A stretch of 64,000 nt of DNA, from the NCBI RefSeq assembly GCF_006345805.1, contig NW_021832379.1, positions 62,001 to 126,000 on the forward strand. Direction: 5' to 3'. This document shows, piece after piece, positions 24,501 to 36,385 of this stretch; position 1 is the stretch's first letter; the number at the start of each line of letters is the position of its first letter. The notes under the pieces are model-generated. The model was not told the DNA's origin. It made no database searches and saw only the letters and a list, made by a program, of their open reading frames with translations. The DNA comes from Octopus sinensis (Eukaryota). The translations under genes were made by a program, and so were the position numbers.

Positions 24501-24968
24501 GCACTTTGCCGCGTTGTTCAGGAGGAGCGGGACGTTGGACCATGAAGATGCCTTACGGCATATTCTGGCTGGCGGCCTGAGTCTTTCGGCCCATGATGCT
24601 GAGTGCTGCGAAGGACCAATCACGGCCAAGGAGGTCAGAGAGGTGTCCGAGTGCCCTGGGGACAAGTCGCCGGGTCTGGATGGTCTTCCTTACGAATTTT
24701 TTAGTAGCATGCCAGACTTGTTCAAGAACGTACTGGCCAGTATGTACACGAATTACCAGCAGAATGGGAGGATTCCCAAAGCTGTAAGCCGAAGAGTGGT
24801 GACACTGATCAGGAAGGACCCGAGCAAGGGGGATAACGTCGATAACTTTAGGCCCATAACTCTGTTAAACACAGAGTTAAAATCTGGCCAAGGTGCTTGC
24901 GAAGAGAGTTAGGGTTGTCGTGGGTGACCTGGTGGGAGAAGCACAGACATGTGCCATCCCAGGAAGGA
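21555..24968 (+). mobile_element. Tx1/L1-clade LINE with intact 5' end, broken off at the start of RT
   Basis: ORF1 (from about 21797) with CCHC knuckle CYKCGKKRHIKEKC; ORF2 from 23311 with APE endonuclease (LNVRGL, ETRL, GDFN, TDHKLV) and RT N-terminus (KSPGLDGLPYEFF, RPITLLNTELK, QTCAIPGRT); several stops and frameshifts. Confidence 0.88.
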
Positions 24969-27745
24969 CGGATTTGTGCAATTTGTATTCCTGTTCAGCA
25001 TTACGGCGTCCTTTCCTGGCAAGTCGGACTGCTGCAGTCTCCCAAATTGCACTATTTGGTGGTTTTTTGTGCTTGTGTGGTACTGATGCTGCACATGCCG
25101 CCCATATTGAATTCAGAATGTTCTGGAGTATAGTGTCCACATCTCCAGAGGCATAAAATTCGAGCCAGTTTGGGCGTTGCAGCTCAGTACAATAAGAGTT
25201 CCAGTCTGCTTTATTCCAGCCGAAGCAGGCAGTTTGAAGATGGTTGTGGTTTTTGTTATAACCAATCAGAGACAAGTCGGCCATGATCAGAGTCACCTAA
25301 AGGTTCTTCAGTAGTGACACTGATAATTGTTTCAGGAGAAGTGGTAAGTAGCAGATCCAAAGTGTTGTTACCCCTTGTGGGGGAGGTAATGACTTGGGAC
25401 CAATTTGAATTCAGCACCAGTTCAAGGAAATCGTCTGCACTTTGCGACCAACGGAAGGCCTCCCATTCAATCTCAGGGAAATTGAAGTCTCCTGCAATAT
25501 AAACATAAGTGGCTGTTTTCAAAGCAGCAGCTCTGAGGATATCAAAAAGTCGTGTGTCTTGATGATAATTGGGGGTGGGGGTGGGTAAACAACTCCAAGC
25601 AGAAGTGTTGACATGGTCATGTGTATATTGCAGAAAAATACTTCCTGCTGAGATTGGTTCAAATCATCACAAGGAATTGCCGATAGATTTGATCGAACAT
25701 AAACCATCACACCCCTTCCACAGAGATCAATGCGGTCTTTGCGGAACAGGTTGTAGCTGGATATGCTGAAAACCCCATACAGAGTGCAGAATGTGCCCAT
25801 GTTTCTGTGACTGTGATGAAATCTGGGTCGATACTTTTGACGTAAGAGTCAAAAAGATGTATCTTGTTGCATAAAGTACGGGCATTCAAGGACAGCAGTT
25901 TGTATTTGGATTTCAGATGGCGATGATATACAGGAGATGGCTGATTGTTCTTGGTTAGTTTCCCAAGATTTTTGTATTGCCAGTTGTTGTTGTGGGTGCA
26001 GTCTGGTCAGTCCAACTGGTATCCCTTATCCACGACTCACTAGACTTGATAAATTTCCATATTTGCCCATCACCGCGTAGGTTAAAGCTTTCCTGTGGCA
26101 CAGAGTTGCAATTTAGGAAAGCTACAGATCTTAGCTTTGGGCGTACATCAGGTGGTAGGCCAGGACATGTCCTTAGGTGATTCTGTTTTCGCGCCGAGCC
26201 CTATCAGCAGTCAGATGGTATGCCCGTGCCTCAGTAGAGTTTGAAAACATCAGCCTGATCAGTCGGGGTTTGGATCCTGGTCGGCCAAGGCGGAAAGCAC
26301 TTTTTGGAGGAACACAGCTGAGGTCCTTAGATGTGTTTCCAGTGAATGCCTGCAGATCAACCACATCTTCCGGCACTCCGATGGCAATTAACTCATGAGG
26401 TAATTGCCATTGGAGTCTAGTGAGTCGTGGATAAGGGATACCAGTTGGACTGACCAGACTGCACCCACAACAACAACTGGCAATACAAAAATCTTGGGAA
26501 ACTAACCAAGAACAATCAGCCATCTCCTGTATATCATCGCCATCTGAAATCCAAATACAAACTGCTGTCCTTGAATGCCCCGTACTTCTTCAACAGGAAT
26601 GGCTGATTTTTGTTGCTGTTGTTGAAGAGTGACAGGGGAGGAAGATACGGGCGGCGGCTTTAATTTTTGCTGTTGTTCTTCATCAACAGGACTGGTTTTG
26701 GGAGACAAAGTAGTCGGTTTTTGCTGTTCAGCAGCAATGGTAGCAGGGGACACACAAGTCAGGCACTGAAATGACCAGTTTGGTAGCTGGACCATTTCCC
26801 AGAGTTTATCCATCATAGAAGTATGGTGTCCTTTCTTTTGACCTGGGATCTTTTGAAAGTTTGTGGCACATTGAAAGCAGATTGAAACACGACATTTTCT
26901 GCATTCAACCTATCTATTTTGAAAGGAATTTTCGAGTTTTGTGCATAGATGACAGATGTGATTTGCCGGACAACATTCTATTTTAGGACAGCGACCAGTT
27001 TTGTCGCACGGCTCATCCACGGATGATACCGTGGCAGTTTTGTTATGTCTGCTCATCCGTACCGTAGTATAAGGTAAACAAAGTAAAAAAAAGTGAAGAT
27101 ATAGCACACTTGTTAGGGAGATAAATAAGATGTTTTTATTTTTTGTTGTTATTGTTTTCGCTTTCCTCATTGTATGTGTGTATACAAGATGCAATTATAT
27201 GTGTAATCAAGAGATGTAAGGAGTCAATGGTTGGTGTGTTTATAATGCGCGCACTTGGTAGGGCGATAAATAAATAATATCTTATTTTTTGTTGTTGTTG
27301 TTAACTGTTCCCACTTTCCTCATTGCATGTGTGTATACAAAAAGATACAATTATATGTACAATCAAGAGATGTAAGAATACAATGGTTGGTGAAGAAGAA
27401 AGTATGATTTAAATTCGGTTTGTGTATATATTTGTGTGTGGTGCGTGCTGGTATATAAAACTGTGTGTATGGATTTTCTAGAATTCGGGATGTACCTACA
27501 GTTATCTTCATGAAGTAGAATGGTGTGTTTTCAACTGTGGTTGCTACACATGGTAACACACAGATTTACGACAAGGAGACACACAGCTATTTTCATTTTG
27601 TAAAATCATTAAAGGTACTCTTCCATTAACCAAGGAATGTGTTGTGTACTTACTTATTAAGTTTTGTCAGAGGGTATTACAATTATCTTTACGAAGTAGA
27701 ATGGCGTGTTTTCGATCGTGGTTGCTACACACGGTAACACATAAC
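24969..27745 (-). mobile_element. CR1-clade LINE 5' half (5' UTR repeats, Cys-rich ORF1, APE domain), RT missing
   Basis: ORF1 from about 27056 with PHD-like CHLC...CRKC...CFQC...CLTC and AFRLGRPGSKPRLIRLMF; ORF2 LNARTLCNK...VTETW...AGDFNFPEIEW...PTRGNNTLDLLLT...SDH; duplicated upstream modules at 27100-27410 and 27497/27677. Confidence 0.82.
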
Positions 27746-27782
27746 ATAAATGAATAACTGAGGACAGCTGTGTGAAAAAGTG

Positions 27783-28632
27783 TCACACCCTAGCAGTTGA
27801 GGGAACCTGTGGAAGAGGTTGACCCAGGAAAACCTGGGACGAGGTGGTGAAGCACGACTTTTGAACATTAGGCCTCACCGAGGCAATGACTAGTGACTGA
27901 GACCTTTGGAAATTTGCTGTGCGTGAGAAGACCCAGCAGGACAAGTGAGACCATAATCCATGGCCTTTACCAGGATGTAGCCAGCCCACTTATGCATATC
28001 TTTCCTTCTTTGGACACAAAACTCTGCTTGTGATGACCTGCTGAGGCAAGTGAAATCGAACCAAATTCGACGACTGGCACCCATGCCAACCTCTCTTCAC
28101 TAGATACTAAACTCTGCTTGCGAAGACCTGTTGGGGCAAGTGAAATCGAAACTGAACCAAATTCGATGACTGGCACCCATGCCAGTGGAGCGCTAACAAC
28201 TCCATCCAAGCGGGATCACTGCCAGAGCGGCTGTCTGGCTTCCGTACCGGTGGACATGTAAAAAACACCATTTGAGCGTGATCGTTACCAGCATCGCCTT
28301 ACTAGCATTTGTGCCGGTGGCATGTGAACATTCGAGTGAGGTCATTGCCAGTGCCGCTGGACTGACTCCTGTGCAGGTGGCACATAAAAAACACCATTTG
28401 AGTGCGGTCGTTGCCAGTGCCGCAAGACTGGCCCTTATCACAGTGGCACATAAAAGCACCCACTACACTCTCAGAGTGGTTGGCGTTAGGAAGGGCATCC
28501 AGCTGTAGAAATTCTGTCAGATCAGATTGGAGCCTGGCGCAGCCATCTGGTTTCCCAGTCCTCAGTCAAATCGTTCAACCCATGGTAGCATGGAAAGTGG
28601 ACGTTAAACGAAGATGATAATGATGACGATGT
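27783..28632 (+). mobile_element. RTE LINE 3' end with modular 3' UTR and (GAT)n tail
   Basis: VEGTCGRG*PRKTWDEVVKHD...DLWKFAVREKTQQDK*, then tandem UTR modules and the core motif. Confidence 0.85.
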
Positions 28633-30299
28633 GAGTCATTGTAAAGTTAATATGGTGATTTGGTTTTATATGGGAACATTGCACAGCCTAGCCACAAAAT
28701 TTTGCAGCCAGCTGCCATAGTTCTACAGGTCTGTCAATCTAACAAATTCCCTTTGAGATTTTTCATTGACTACAACTGGCCTATCAGCTCTCAGCAAGTT
28801 CTCACGGAACTATTCCCAAGAGCATCCTATTAGAAATAAAACAAAACCCATTAGTTCAATTTCATTAGATTAGCTGCCTTAATTAACACTCAGATTTACC
28901 AGCCTTGATTAATGCTCAGATTTACCAGTCTGACTGCCCCCTCCTCACCACCACCACGCATTAGCTCGGTATCAGTGCCTTCAAGCAACCGCAACAACAC
29001 TCAAACTCTGTGTCTCTCTCATTTTAGCTTAATTCTGTGAAGTAACATAAACCAATGCACAGAAACATTCACATTAGGATTAGAACAAGAGAGATTATAT
29101 CTTCTTTACACTTAAAACCATTTTCGAATCATAAACTCCTTCCAGTATTGAAATAATATACAACTCCCCACCACCACAAAGAATAAGCAAAGAACAAAAA
29201 TTCTGTCCATTTCCTGAGTATTTTGTTGGCCTGATGTACTTGTTATAATGTGTTTTTAATAAAAATACATTATTAATTTACAATAGCAACACATTGTCCC
29301 TGTTTCTGCCAGATCTCTTCCTCCTCCTCCTTCTAATTATCATTTTAACATCCATTTTTTTATATTTGCAGGAGTCAGAATCCATTGATGCTTTTCCTTT
29401 CACCCATCCTTTGCTTGTTTCCAAGCAAGGTCATATTTTCTTTTGGCCAAACTTGGTTTTCACGGAAGACTAGAAATGAAATTTGTTGTTTCTGTGATGG
29501 TGATGCTTGTTTACAATATTCATGTGATGTAACAAATGCACACACAAACATACACAGTCATCCTCATCAGCATCGTTTTAACATCCACTTTCCCAGGCTC
29601 TCATGAGTTGGATGGAATTTGTTGAGGCAGCATTGCAATGGAAATTGTAGTGGAGTAAAATCACCATTTGTATCAATGTATACACCCTGTTAGAAGGTAT
29701 GATGCCATGGAATTGTTGAAGATAAAATCCCTTCATAGAACTGTGTTAGAATGCAATATATATCAGTAAGATGAACACTGTTGCTGCATGACTCATGAGA
29801 AAAACCAATGCAGTTCACCTTTGTTGAGGCTTGTCAATGCCATACACTCAATTTTTACCCACCTAAATGAAATTTTTACCTTGATATACAGGAATCCTTC
29901 CCCACCCACCAAAAACAGAAAAAAAAAAATTCACTGGTATTGCAGGAGCTTGCCAGTCTGTAGAAAGACTCACTTTATGCAACTGAGCATTAAGTTAAAA
30001 TTGCCAATTGTGTATCACACTAAATGTATACCTATTGTTAGAAAACATGCTGTGTTGAAAAGACTCAGCAAAGTTGAAACATCTGTTTGTTTTTCATGAG
30101 CCACTGAAGTGATGATGTTCATCTCATTCCACTATAATGTATTTAACTCAAGTTTATGAGGAGATTTATCTCAGAATTCCACAGTACTATACCTATGGTG
30201 TCTAATTATTTAATATGATACTCAGATGCCAATATTTCTTGAATGGACTAAAGAGTGGGCATTTAAATTACATATATTATAATTATTATTTTGTCAGTT

Positions 30300-30960
30300 G
30301 TTAACGATGACCAAGGACATTAATGAGAGAAGATAGGACATGGTGAGCCTGGCTGTGGCCAATCAGTCCAATGCATAGTACTTAGAAGGCTCTGCCACAG
30401 GCCAGGCACTGGTGGTCTGTCAGGGCTGAAGGCAAGGAGTCAGGTCTGGACTCATGTAGTTTGTGTTTTCTTTGTGCCCCTGAAATCCCGTTCTGGCTGT
30501 AGGAGGTGACACCTCTATTGATGCAGTTTTGCCTGGCAGGGCAGTTTGGTGCTTGTGCTTCCCAAGTTTTGGGGTTGGTCTCAAAGAACTTCAGTAAGGC
30601 TTTGAGTGTGTTCTTGAAGCACTTTTTCTCTCCTCCTTGCATGCACTTGACTCCTTCCAGATTACTGTAAAACAGTCTTTTGGGGAGTTGTATGTCAGGC
30701 ATAAAAAAACAAGGTAGCCTGCCCGTCTGACTTGGCAGTGTGTAAATGCTTGGAAGATCAGTTCAGGAGAGGACCTCTATATCTGAGACTCTGCCTTGCC
30801 AGATGACTTTCAACAGCTTTCCCAGGTAGTTCGTGTGGGAGCAGTTTAGCTTTCTGGCATACTGTTTGTAAACCATCCAAGTCTCACATGTATCAGTAAT
30901 GCTACTGCCATGCAGGCTGCACCACTGCTTAGTACAGCCCAATGTGAGATATTTTCACTA
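30300..30960 (-). mobile_element. RTE-BovB-like LINE ORF2 C-terminal remnant
   Basis: MPDIQLPKRLFY...GGEKKCFKNTLKA...WEAQA...CLACGRAF resembles the BovB C-terminus with its terminal Zn knuckle. Confidence 0.7.
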
Positions 30961-31435
30961 TGTAAAATGCATTTTTGATATATTTTACTAGTAATGCAAC
31001 AGTAGTAAAATATATTATTGATAATATTTTACTAGTTATACTCAGTACTGGATTAACCATTGAGCATATGCTTAGGTCATCAAGGGAAGAGGGGAGGGAG
31101 CAGCACTAAAAAATGACTTTAAATTTGCTATAATAATATTCGGAGTGGTTTATGTGATCGGAAATATAATTTCGGTGTTCAAGGTGTCACGGTGAGGAAT
31201 TTATCAGGACTTTGCTATTAAAAAAAAAAAAAACACAGAAAACTTTACAAATATAAATAAAGTGAAAGTATACAAAAATAAACATCATTTTCCATCTAAC
31301 TGTTAGTTTTGTTTCATTTTGAATTAAATGTATTTGGGGTAACCAAAATGTTTTAAGAGCTTTTAGTCCGGCCCCACATCAACCAGGCTGTCTGCTTCCT
31401 CACTGATAGACATGTGGGAGTGTAAACTATGTCTA

Positions 31436-31655
31436 GTCACATGACCAAAACTGACCAATAGAAATGCAATACTTCAACTTCCGTTGTAGCTCTCACCACT
31501 TTCGTTTATGGAATTCGTCGTCATCGTTATTTATAAATAATTGCACAACTTATTACCCTATATTAATTAATTATTACCCTATATTAATTAATCTGTATGA
31601 ACACGACGGCACCTCACCAAGTTTCCATTCACCAAATTCCACTTCTCAGGTAAAT
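31436..31655 (+). promoter_or_regulatory. Putative promoter and non-coding exon 1 of ZNF gene 1
   Basis: E-box GTCACATGAC (31436-45), CCAAT (31455-59), ETS-like ACTTCCG (31477-83), locally CpG-rich, donor AG|GTAAAT at 31649/31650; motif-based inference. Confidence 0.5.
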
Positions 31656-33360
31656 ATTTCGCTTTTATGTCTTATCCATTACGTCGGCCGACCACTGTCA
31701 ACGAATTTCTCTGAAGTAGATTTTGGCAACATATTTATTGCTAACAATTGGTTTTGCAGTAATAAATTGCTTTCTGTTTTGGTACTACATGAGAACAGTG
31801 GTCCCGGTGCGCGCACTCGCGTCGTCGCGCTTCCACGCTAGCTAGTCGTGACTAGTCGATCCTACAACGACTAAATATATATATATAGTAAATAAATATA
31901 TATATAGCAAAGTAAATAAAACACAAAATAGATAATTTTGGATCTTTTCGGATTTGAACTGCAGTGTTTTTTCTAGCGGTGTCATATGAAATTGTCACCC
32001 ATAATTATGACCCTAGTATCGATCTATTGCATTTCAATCTCTGTTAGGGTTAAGGGTGGGGGGAAGGGTATCTTTTTTTTCTTCACAAATGTAAATAACC
32101 AACCCGGTAAAATTACAGATTAACACCCGCACGATTTTCACTAAGAAAAAAAAAAAAAAAACTCGGATTTTTTGCGTGGAATCAAGTACCCTGACCGCAA
32201 AAACAAAAAACGAATTTTTTAGATACCTTTCTGCTTTTTAAGACAATAAAGTGTTATTGGAGGGAAATCTGGCTGCTATTTCTAGCTGCCTTAATGACAA
32301 CATAGCGATTTACAGATAAATGAATTAATTACTATTTTACAGAATAAAATTAATGAATTAATTATATAAATTAAATAATTCTTGAAAATTAATTAATATT
32401 AATAATATTTTTTGAACAAAGTAAATAATTTATAAAACTTAAATAATAATTTTTTTTACACAAACGCGAACGTATATAATTTGTGAAACTTTTTTTTTTT
32501 TACAGACGTATATAATTTGGTAAACTTAATGAATTAATTTCTTCACATCATCATCATCGTTTAACGTCCGTTCTCCATGGACGGTTCAACCGGGGATCTG
32601 GGAAGCCAGAAGGCTGCACCAGACTCCAGTCTTATCTGGCAATGTTTCTACAGCTGGATGCCCTTCCTAACGCCAACCACTCCGAGAGTGTAGTGGGTGG
32701 TTTTTACATGCCACCCGCACAGGTGCCAGGCGAGGCTGGCAACGGCCACGGTCGGATTGGTGCCAGTCGAGGCGGCTCTGGCATCGGCCACGATTCGGAT
32801 AGTGCTTTTTACGTACCACCAGTCAAGGGGTCCTGGCATCTGCTGGGTGCCACACTTGCCCCAACATGTCTTTGCAAGCAAAGGGGGTTGGCATGGGTGC
32901 CTGTCGTTGGATGAGGTTCGATATCAACTTCGCTTGCCTCAACAGGTCTTTGTGTATAAATGTATAAATTTTTCGCACTAAATTCTTTCCGTAGAATTTA
33001 TCAAAAAACGCGCAAAATTATTCCGTAGAATTTATCAAATTAAAAAACGCAAAATTAATATATTTTTTGAAATTGCAAATTATTTAGAATATAAAACAAA
33101 TGAAGTTAAATTTTTAAAATAAATGTCATATACTTATACTCTGTAAGGTGCTGTGTTCACACTTCAATTTACTATTTTCTAGAAATGTTGCTTTTCTAAT
33201 TGAAACCATTTTTCTCAAGCTCCATTTAAAAGTCCATCATGTCTCTTGAACCAATTAATGTTTCTGATCTCTCTCTCTGCCCCCCTCTCTATCTCAAACT
33301 AATTTTGTGTAGATGGAGGTGTGGGTGGGAGACAGATGAACGATGTCTCATTCTCTGATA

Positions 33361-33426
<66 letters not shown>

Positions 33427-33432
33427 TATATA

Positions 33433-34279
33433 CTAGCAGAATTGCCCGGCGTTGCTCGGGGCTGAATTGCTTGAAAGTACTGTTAATGATTGCACTGAAT
33501 TATGATGATTATTCAGGCAAATATTGATATAAGTTTACGGTGGGAGATAAGGACTTAACGATCAAACGTGTTCCATTGCATTGTTTTGGGGGAACCAAAT
33601 TTCTGATGATCATTATAGGAGCACCAACTTTAAGTTTGAGAAAGTGTGGTGGTAGTCCGGGATGCTCAAAGGAATTGAGTACCTCTATTGGATAGTTGAT
33701 GACGTCCTCTGGGTCAGGAGTTGTATCGATAGACTGATATACATAGACTTCCCCAGGAATGAGTTTTAGCATTTCATCATTAATATGGTGAACAGTTTTA
33801 TTCCTCGGGGCCAGTATAGCCTTTTTGCCAATCCAATCCATATTCTGATAATTAGCTTGTAGATCTGGGAACACTGCATCTCTGAGATCAGAAGGCGTCT
33901 TAACAATGGTACAAATGGAATCGATGGCAATATTACCATTTTCATCCCCTGGTATTTTGCCTTCACCAAGTGCAAGGAGGGTGTGAGGAAATGCTGCTGA
34001 TGTGATATTACGTTGCATATGAGCACGCATATTGGTGTGAAGTTTGAGAGTTACTTCCCTTTATTAAAAAAAATATGCATTAAAATGGAAAAAAATGATG
34101 GTAAATTATTTGTAAAATCATAGACTCATCGTAGACGCGCGCTAATACCCAGAAGGGCTCAATATGAATCACGACTATAAGATACCCGGTTTTGGTTAAA
34201 CTGCATTGCAAAATGTGGGAGTAGTTAGGAATCTAAATCGGAGTAGACAGACACACAACCTTTCTTTTATATATAAATA
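33433..34279 (-). mobile_element. Helitron derivative carrying a PIF1-like helicase fragment (33509-34060)
   Basis: Minus-strand 3' hairpin (cccgagcaacgccgggc) plus CTAG; helicase peptide KAILAPRNKTVHHINDEML...LNSFEHPGLPPHFLKLKVGAPIMIIRNLVPPKQCNGTRLIVKSL. Confidence 0.88.
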
Positions 34280-34281
34280 TT

Positions 34282-34950
34282 TTCGTCCTAAAAAACTTTG
34301 TATGGATTGAATGGTTACCTCTATGGAAATATATACACGCACATTATACATACATGTGTGTATAGATGAATATATAAATACATTTAAATATCTATATACA
34401 CTTTTGGGCGATCTTTGTGCTACTTAGAGATAACTTTAGATCTTATTTTCGTCCTAAAAAACTTTGTGCAGAGTGAATGGTTACCTCTATGGAAATATAT
34501 ACACACACATTATACATACATCTGTGTATAGATGAATATATAAATACATTTAAATATCTATATACACTTTTGGGCGATCTTTCTGCTACTTGTATATACT
34601 TTAGATCTTATATTCGTCCTAAAAAACTTTGTATGGAGTGAAAGGTTACCTCTATGGAAATATATACACACACATTATACATATATCTGTGTATAGATGA
34701 ATATATAAATACATTTAAATATATATATACACTTTTGGGCGATCTTTCTGCTACTTGGATATAGGTCTTATATTCGTCCTAAAAAACTTTGTATGGAGTG
34801 AAAGGTTACCTCTATGGAAATATATACACACACATTATACATACATCTGTGTATAGATGAATATATAAATACATTTAAATATCTATATACACTTTCGGGC
34901 GATCTTTCTGCTACTTGGATATAGGTCTTATATTCGTCCTAAAAAACTTT
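34282..34950. repeat. 160-166-bp tandem array (4 copies plus a partial)
   Basis: Units begin TTCGTCCTAAAAAACTTT at 34282, 34448, 34613, 34773 and 34933. Confidence 0.92.
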
Positions 34951-35385
34951 CCTGTCACACAGTCACGCACACACACCCTCACACACACACACACGCACAC
35001 ACACTCACACATACACGTTAGCTTACAATTTTATTTATATATTTGCGTGTCTATGTGTGTAAAGTGGAAGTGGGAATGTAGAGTGAAATAGTCACTCACT
35101 ACAGAAAGTGAATTAGTTTCACTTTATTCGTTGCACACTGTGTGTGTGTGCGTTTGCGTGTGCTGTATCCCACACTAAGAGAAGCATTTGACTCATACAC
35201 CACAATGTGAGTTTTCTCTAAATTTTGCTTAATTGGGGTTGAAATTTTAAAAAGTGGACCTGTCACGACCCGATGCATTCTACTCTTAAAAATGCTAGGT
35301 AAATTGTAATTGAAGAAATCCTATATTGTAGATTTCTATAAGATACAAAGGGAGGCAGATAAAATCTGCCTTTTATAATAAGAGA
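34951..35385 (-). mobile_element. Helitron-type 5' terminal segment
   Basis: Minus-strand 5' TCTCTTATTATAAAA next to the hairpin GGCAGAT-AAA-ATCTGCC (35354-70); (CA)n/(GT)n microsatellites. Confidence 0.65.
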
Positions 35386-35390
35386 TATAT

Positions 35391-36385
35391 CGTGGCCCCT
35401 ACCTGGGACGTAGTCGGTCCACCTGTGCATACCTTCAATCTTGTGACACTTGTGAAGACCTGCTGAGGCAAGTGAAAATTAAAACAAATCAAAATAGATG
35501 AACATCAATGGAATTTGTATCTTTGTGGTACCAGTGCCGGTGGCACACAAGAAAACCATCCGAACGTGGCCGTAGCCAGTACCGCATCGACTGGCCTCCG
35601 TGCTGTGGGCACATGACAAACACCATCCGATCGTGGCCGTTCGCCAGCCTCATATGGCACCTCCGCATCGACTGGTCTCCGTGCTGTGGGCATATGACAA
35701 ACACCATCCGATCGTGGCCGTTCGCCAGCCTCATATGGCACCTGTGTTGGTGGCACATAAAAACACCATCCGAAGACCTGGCAAGACTAGTCAGGTCATA
35801 ACCCGTGGCCCCTACCTGGGACGTGGTCAGTCCACCTGTGTATACCTTCCTTCTTGTGACACTTGTGAAGACCTGTTGAGGCAAGTGAAAATCAAAATCA
35901 AAATAGATGAACATCAATGGAATTTGTATCTTTGTGGTACCAGTGCCGGTGGCACACAAGAAAACCATCCGAACGTGGCCGTAGCCAGTACCGCATCGAC
36001 TGGCCTCCGTGCTGTGGGCACGTAACAAACACCATCCGATCGTGGCCGTTCGCCAGCCTCATCTGGCACCTGTGTCGGTGGCACATAAAAACACCATCCG
36101 AGCGTGGCCGTCTGCCAGCCTCTTCTGGCACCTGTGTCGGTGGCACATAAAAAACACCATCCGAGTGTGGCCGTTCGCCAGCCTCGTCTGGCACCTGTGT
36201 AGGTGGCACATAAAATCACCCACTACACTCTCGGAGTGGTTGGCGTTAGGAAGGGCATCCAGCTGTAGAAACACTGCCAGATCTGACTGGCCTGGTGCAG
36301 CCTTCGGGCTCCCCAGACCCCAGTTGAACCGTCCAACCCATGCTAGCATGGAAAGCGGACGTTAAATGATGATGATGATGATGAT
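35391..36385 (+). mobile_element. RTE 3' UTR with a ~410-bp internal direct duplication and ~55-bp modules
   Basis: 35391-35773 is repeated from about 35804; ends in the core motif and a (GAT)n tail. Confidence 0.85.

Noticed and set aside
29355-30350. Apparent splice sites suggesting extra exons (tttgcag near 29371; tttgtcag...gtgagc at 30290-30350)
   Set aside because: They lie in or beside RTE and BovB tail remnants, with no coherent ORF or partner exon
35489-36365. Cluster of overlapping 77-179-aa ORFs (likewise 45558-45976, 32642-32981, 36962-37301)
   Set aside because: By-products of GC-rich tandem modules in RTE 3' UTRs; no domain signature
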